Source: an uncultured Dictyoglomota bacterium
GTDB taxonomy: Bacteria; Dictyoglomota; Dictyoglomia; Dictyoglomales; Dictyoglomaceae
Direction of reading: 5' to 3'
NCBI GenBank assembly: GCA_964654465.1
Contig: CAZZIO010000065.1
Span: 64,001-128,000 of the forward strand
Length of the DNA: 64,000 bases
Shown here: piece after piece, positions 61,146-64,000 of the stretch
Numbering within the stretch: position 1 is the stretch's first letter
Layout: the number at the start of each line of letters is the position of its first letter
Notes under the pieces: generated by a model
Seen by the model: the letters and a program-made list of their open reading frames with translations, nothing else
What the model was told of the DNA's origin: nothing
Databases searched by the model: none
Program-made: the position numbers and the translations under genes

Positions 61146-62237
61146 ATGTGGTTAGAAATTATTTACAAAAGATTAATAAAAATCCTTCTTTTTTTATTTG
61201 TCATTGTTTACTTTACCCTTTCCAATACCTACGAAGAGGAATTTAAAAATCTATCCTTAGCTTTTGCAGGGGATCTTTTTCTCCAAAAACATTTATCAAA
61301 TTCTTATTATGATCCATCAAGCAAGAAATATTATTTTCCTCCTGATATATTTGAAGAAATAGAGGAATATATTAGAAAAGATTTTTCTTCCATTGTGATT
61401 GATACTCCTATTGCCTCAAATATATTTCAAGTATCAGGTTACCCCCTATTTAACGCTCCAGTAGAAATTTTAGATCTTCTTAAAAAAAGTGGATTTAATA
61501 TTATGATTCTGTCAACAAATCACATATTTGATAAGGGTGAAATAGGACTAACAGCTACAATAGAGAATATAAAAAAGAGAGGATTATATTATGTGGGTGC
61601 ATATACCTCAGAAGAGGACAGTAAAAATTTCCTTGTTTTATCTAAAAACGGCATAAAAGTAGGAATTCTTGCATATACATTTAGCATCAACGGTTTTAGT
61701 TTACCTAAAAACAAAGAATATATGGTTAATCTCATAAATGAGGACAAAATCAAAGAAGATATAAGAAAGATAAAGAATTTAGTTGACTTTACAATCATTT
61801 ATCTACATTGGGGATACATAGAATACTCTGAAAAACTTGAATCCTATCAAAAATCGCTTGCTAAAAAAATAATATCATGGGGTGGAGACTTGATAGTAGG
61901 AAGTCACCCCCATTCAGTAAGACCTTACGAGAAGATAAATGGAAAATGGTGTTTTTATTCATTGGGGAATTTTTTCACAGACCAATATGGACTAAATATA
62001 CCTCAAGTAAAATTTGGATTAATATTAAATATAACATTGAACAAGTATAAAAATAAAACCTTTATCATTAGAAAAGAGATAATACCTATATTCATTTCAA
62101 AGACCACAAAGGATAAAAATAATCCTCATAGATATAAGGTTATAAAAGCAGAGAAAATAACTAATTTGACATATGTAGAATCTGATTCTAAAATATACCT
62201 AAAAAAAGTCCTTAATTATATATCGAAAGGGGAATAA
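61146..62237 (+). CDS. CapA-family (PGA_cap) metallophosphatase-fold protein
   Basis: FAGD, GYPLFNAP, TNHIFDKG, HWG, GSHPH and YSLGNF motifs. Confidence 0.88.
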   Translation: MWLEIIYKRLIKILLFLFVIVYFTLSNTYEEEFKNLSLAFAGDLFLQKHLSNSYYDPSSKKYYFPPDIFEEIEEYIRKDFSSIVIDTPIASNIFQVSGYPLFNAPVEILDLLKKSGFNIMILSTNHIFDKGEIGLTATIENIKKRGLYYVGAYTSEEDSKNFLVLSKNGIKVGILAYTFSINGFSLPKNKEYMVNLINEDKIKEDIRKIKNLVDFTIIYLHWGYIEYSEKLESYQKSLAKKIISWGGDLIVGSHPHSVRPYEKINGKWCFYSLGNFFTDQYGLNIPQVKFGLILNITLNKYKNKTFIIRKEIIPIFISKTTKDKNNPHRYKVIKAEKITNLTYVESDSKIYLKKVLNYISKGE

Positions 62238-62241
62238 ATTT

Positions 62242-62700
62242 ATGAGAGAAAAAGCTATGGCTATCCTTTTAATATTTATAGGTCTCCTTTTGCTCCTAAG
62301 TAATTTTGGGATTCTTTCAGGAAATCTCTTCCTTTTAATTATTAGTGCCATATTTTTGTTTTCATATTATAGATTTAACAGAAATATAGGATTTCTCATT
62401 CCAGGATGTATCTTATTAAGTATAGCTTTATTTAATATTTTACAATCCCTATACACTATCAACCCTGTATATATCATTTCATTTATAGGATTTGGATTTC
62501 TAATGATTTTCTTTATTCATTCATCTAAAAAAGAGTACTCCTATGCAGAAAAGTACTGGTCTATATATCCAGGAATCATCCTTATCTCTTTTGGTATCAT
62601 ACTAGGCTTAATATCAAAATCTCCAGAATATATAAGATATTTATTCCCCATACTTCTTATAATTATTGGAGCTTTACTACTTTTTCGTTCTATAAAATAA
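62242..62700 (+). CDS. LiaF-like small membrane protein
   Basis: Repeated LLIFIGLLLL, LIPG and FPILLIIIG TM motifs. Confidence 0.6.
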   Translation: MREKAMAILLIFIGLLLLLSNFGILSGNLFLLIISAIFLFSYYRFNRNIGFLIPGCILLSIALFNILQSLYTINPVYIISFIGFGFLMIFFIHSSKKEYSYAEKYWSIYPGIILISFGIILGLISKSPEYIRYLFPILLIIIGALLLFRSIK

Positions 62701-62705
62701 TCAGT

Positions 62706-63332
62706 TTATCCTAATATTACATATTTCAAAAAGTAGACACTAAAGAAAATAAGAGAAAAAGATGCTAAATACAATATAATCTTGTATAATTTATTCCAAA
62801 GAGGAAGGGCTAAACCTTGTCCTACAAAGCCAATAAAAATATACCATACAAAATCAGAAAAGATATGGCCCACATAAAAACTTAAAATTCCCAACATAAA
62901 AAAACTCCTTGCTTGTCCGAGAAAAGTTACCCCTACTGTAACCCACCATATCAGCCAATAAGGATTTGATAAAGAAACAAGAGCTCCGGCTAAAGGAAGG
63001 GGAATTTTTATAGGATCAGAATTCTTTAGCTCTAAACTACTTTTTTTAATAAGTGATATAAATAGAGATATACCCATATAACTCAAAAATATACTTCCTA
63101 AAAAAGTAAAAATTTTTAAAAAAGTCGGATCTTGAAGAAAAGGTTGTAAACCTAAGAGCAGAAGTATAATAAGAACAGCTTCCAACATAGCATGCCCAAA
63201 AACTATTTTGATAGAGTCCTTCCAACCTTTAAGGCTACACTGTGTAATTACCATTGTCATCATAGGACCAGGAGCTGACGCCCCTGAAAATCCTACTACA
63301 AAACTAGTGATGAATAAATTAAATACAACCAT
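62706..63332 (-). CDS. LysE-family exporter
   Basis: [13 protein letters not shown] and SNPYW..WW motifs. Confidence 0.88.
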   Translation of the reverse strand: MVVFNLFITSFVVGFSGASAPGPMMTMVITQCSLKGWKDSIKIVFGHAMLEAVLIILLLLGLQPFLQDPTFLKIFTFLGSIFLSYMGISLFISLIKKSSLELKNSDPIKIPLPLAGALVSLSNPYWLIWWVTVGVTFLGQARSFFMLGILSFYVGHIFSDFVWYIFIGFVGQGLALPLWNKLYKIILYLASFSLIFFSVYFLKYVILG

Positions 63333-63741
63333 TCTTCACACTCCATTCTATATTTAATCTTCTAAAATACTTCTTCATATTATCTAAAAAATTCTCTTCC
63401 ACTTTTATAAGATGAGAATCACATTTACAGTCTGATGATCCAAAGCGAGGAACTTTCTCTCCATCTATCAAAGATGCAATCTTACATTCCCATTCTTTAC
63501 AAAGATGATCATTATATAAGGCTTCTCTTACTCTAACAAAAGGAGATTCCAATAGATAGTCAATATGCCAATATAATTTTTTATTTTTACTAAGATGCCT
63601 TTTTATTCTTTTCTCCATACTATTTTGTGCTGATCCTACATAGATATAAAGGCCCCTATTAAATTTTATAACTCCAAGTCGCCCTACCCTACACTCTATA
63701 TCTTTTTCTACCTCAACAACCAAAAGATATATTCCTTTCAT
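63319..63741 (-). CDS. GIY-YIG nuclease, DUF123 family
   Basis: KGIY, YIYVGSA, R..RH, WHIDYL and [11 protein letters not shown] motifs. Confidence 0.88.
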   Translation of the reverse strand: MKGIYLLVVEVEKDIECRVGRLGVIKFNRGLYIYVGSAQNSMEKRIKRHLSKNKKLYWHIDYLLESPFVRVREALYNDHLCKEWECKIASLIDGEKVPRFGSSDCKCDSHLIKVEENFLDNMKKYFRRLNIEWSVKNGCI

Positions 63742-63743
63742 AA

Positions 63744-64000
63744 TTAAATTCTAATAACCTTATAAGAATTTGGTTCCAATCTGATTTTCATTTCTTTATC
63801 CTTATTTACTAATGTTACCTCAGTTCTATAGGATAAAAAGGACTCTAAAATACAATAACCATTATCATACAAAAACATTCCTATTTTTTCATCTCCTTTG
63901 AAATAAATACCTAATTTATTCAAAAATATTTTTCTTATTTCATTAAGTACCTCTATGGGTAACAGATAAATATCTGAATAATTATCGGGAATATTTAAAA
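63744..64000 (-). CDS. 3' end of a hypothetical protein (starts beyond the window)
   Basis: Open frame [14 protein letters not shown]...[10 protein letters not shown] ending in TAA at 63744. Confidence 0.65.
   Translation of the reverse strand, partial: LNIPDNYSDIYLLPIEVLNEIRKIFLNKLGIYFKGDEKIGMFLYDNGYCILESFLSYRTEVTLVNKDKEMKIRLEPNSYKVIRI

Noticed and set aside
61146-62237. Poly-gamma-glutamate capsule locus
   Set aside because: No capB or capC adjacent; standalone CapA-family genes are widespread
63319-63741. Homing endonuclease or mobile intron
   Set aside because: It is a short standalone DUF123-type protein inside an operon, with no interrupted host gene
63742-63753. Leaderless promoter (TAGAAT) for the GIY-YIG gene
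   Set aside because: The upstream gene stops 2 nt before the ATG, so translational coupling explains the missing SD

Overview
A gene-dense, AT-rich (about 30% GC by eye) bacterial chromosome segment from an anaerobic, saccharolytic, probably thermophilic diderm. Gene content and protein style resemble Dictyoglomus, but that is an inference. It holds a malEFG-type ABC importer, an RNase HIII-like fusion, a MoxR/DUF58 module, a single-domain KaiC pair, ldh, a serine-palmitoyltransferase-like enzyme and a T-box-controlled trpEGDCFBA operon. It also holds mnmA, three tandem M42 peptidases, an orphan XRE/ImmA pair, a starch locus (outer-membrane beta-barrel, DOMON-like protein, GH57 amylopullulanase), a LacI/Opp-type/GH5 beta-glycan locus, a PspC/LiaF-type cluster and a GT-like/GH130 fusion. 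I found no rRNA, tRNA, CRISPR array or transposase. Main hunt results: (1) an unannotated beta-barrel gene at the head of the starch locus, split by a 19-bp tandem duplication; (2) a TAACACGTGTTA operator shared by that locus and the malEFG operon about 34 kb away; (3) strong Shine-Dalgarno sequences with no start codon, 70-80 nt upstream of all three sugar-uptake operons; (4) a 1-nt frameshift that moves the conserved OppC C-terminus out of frame; (5) a Bacteroidota-like Spt.
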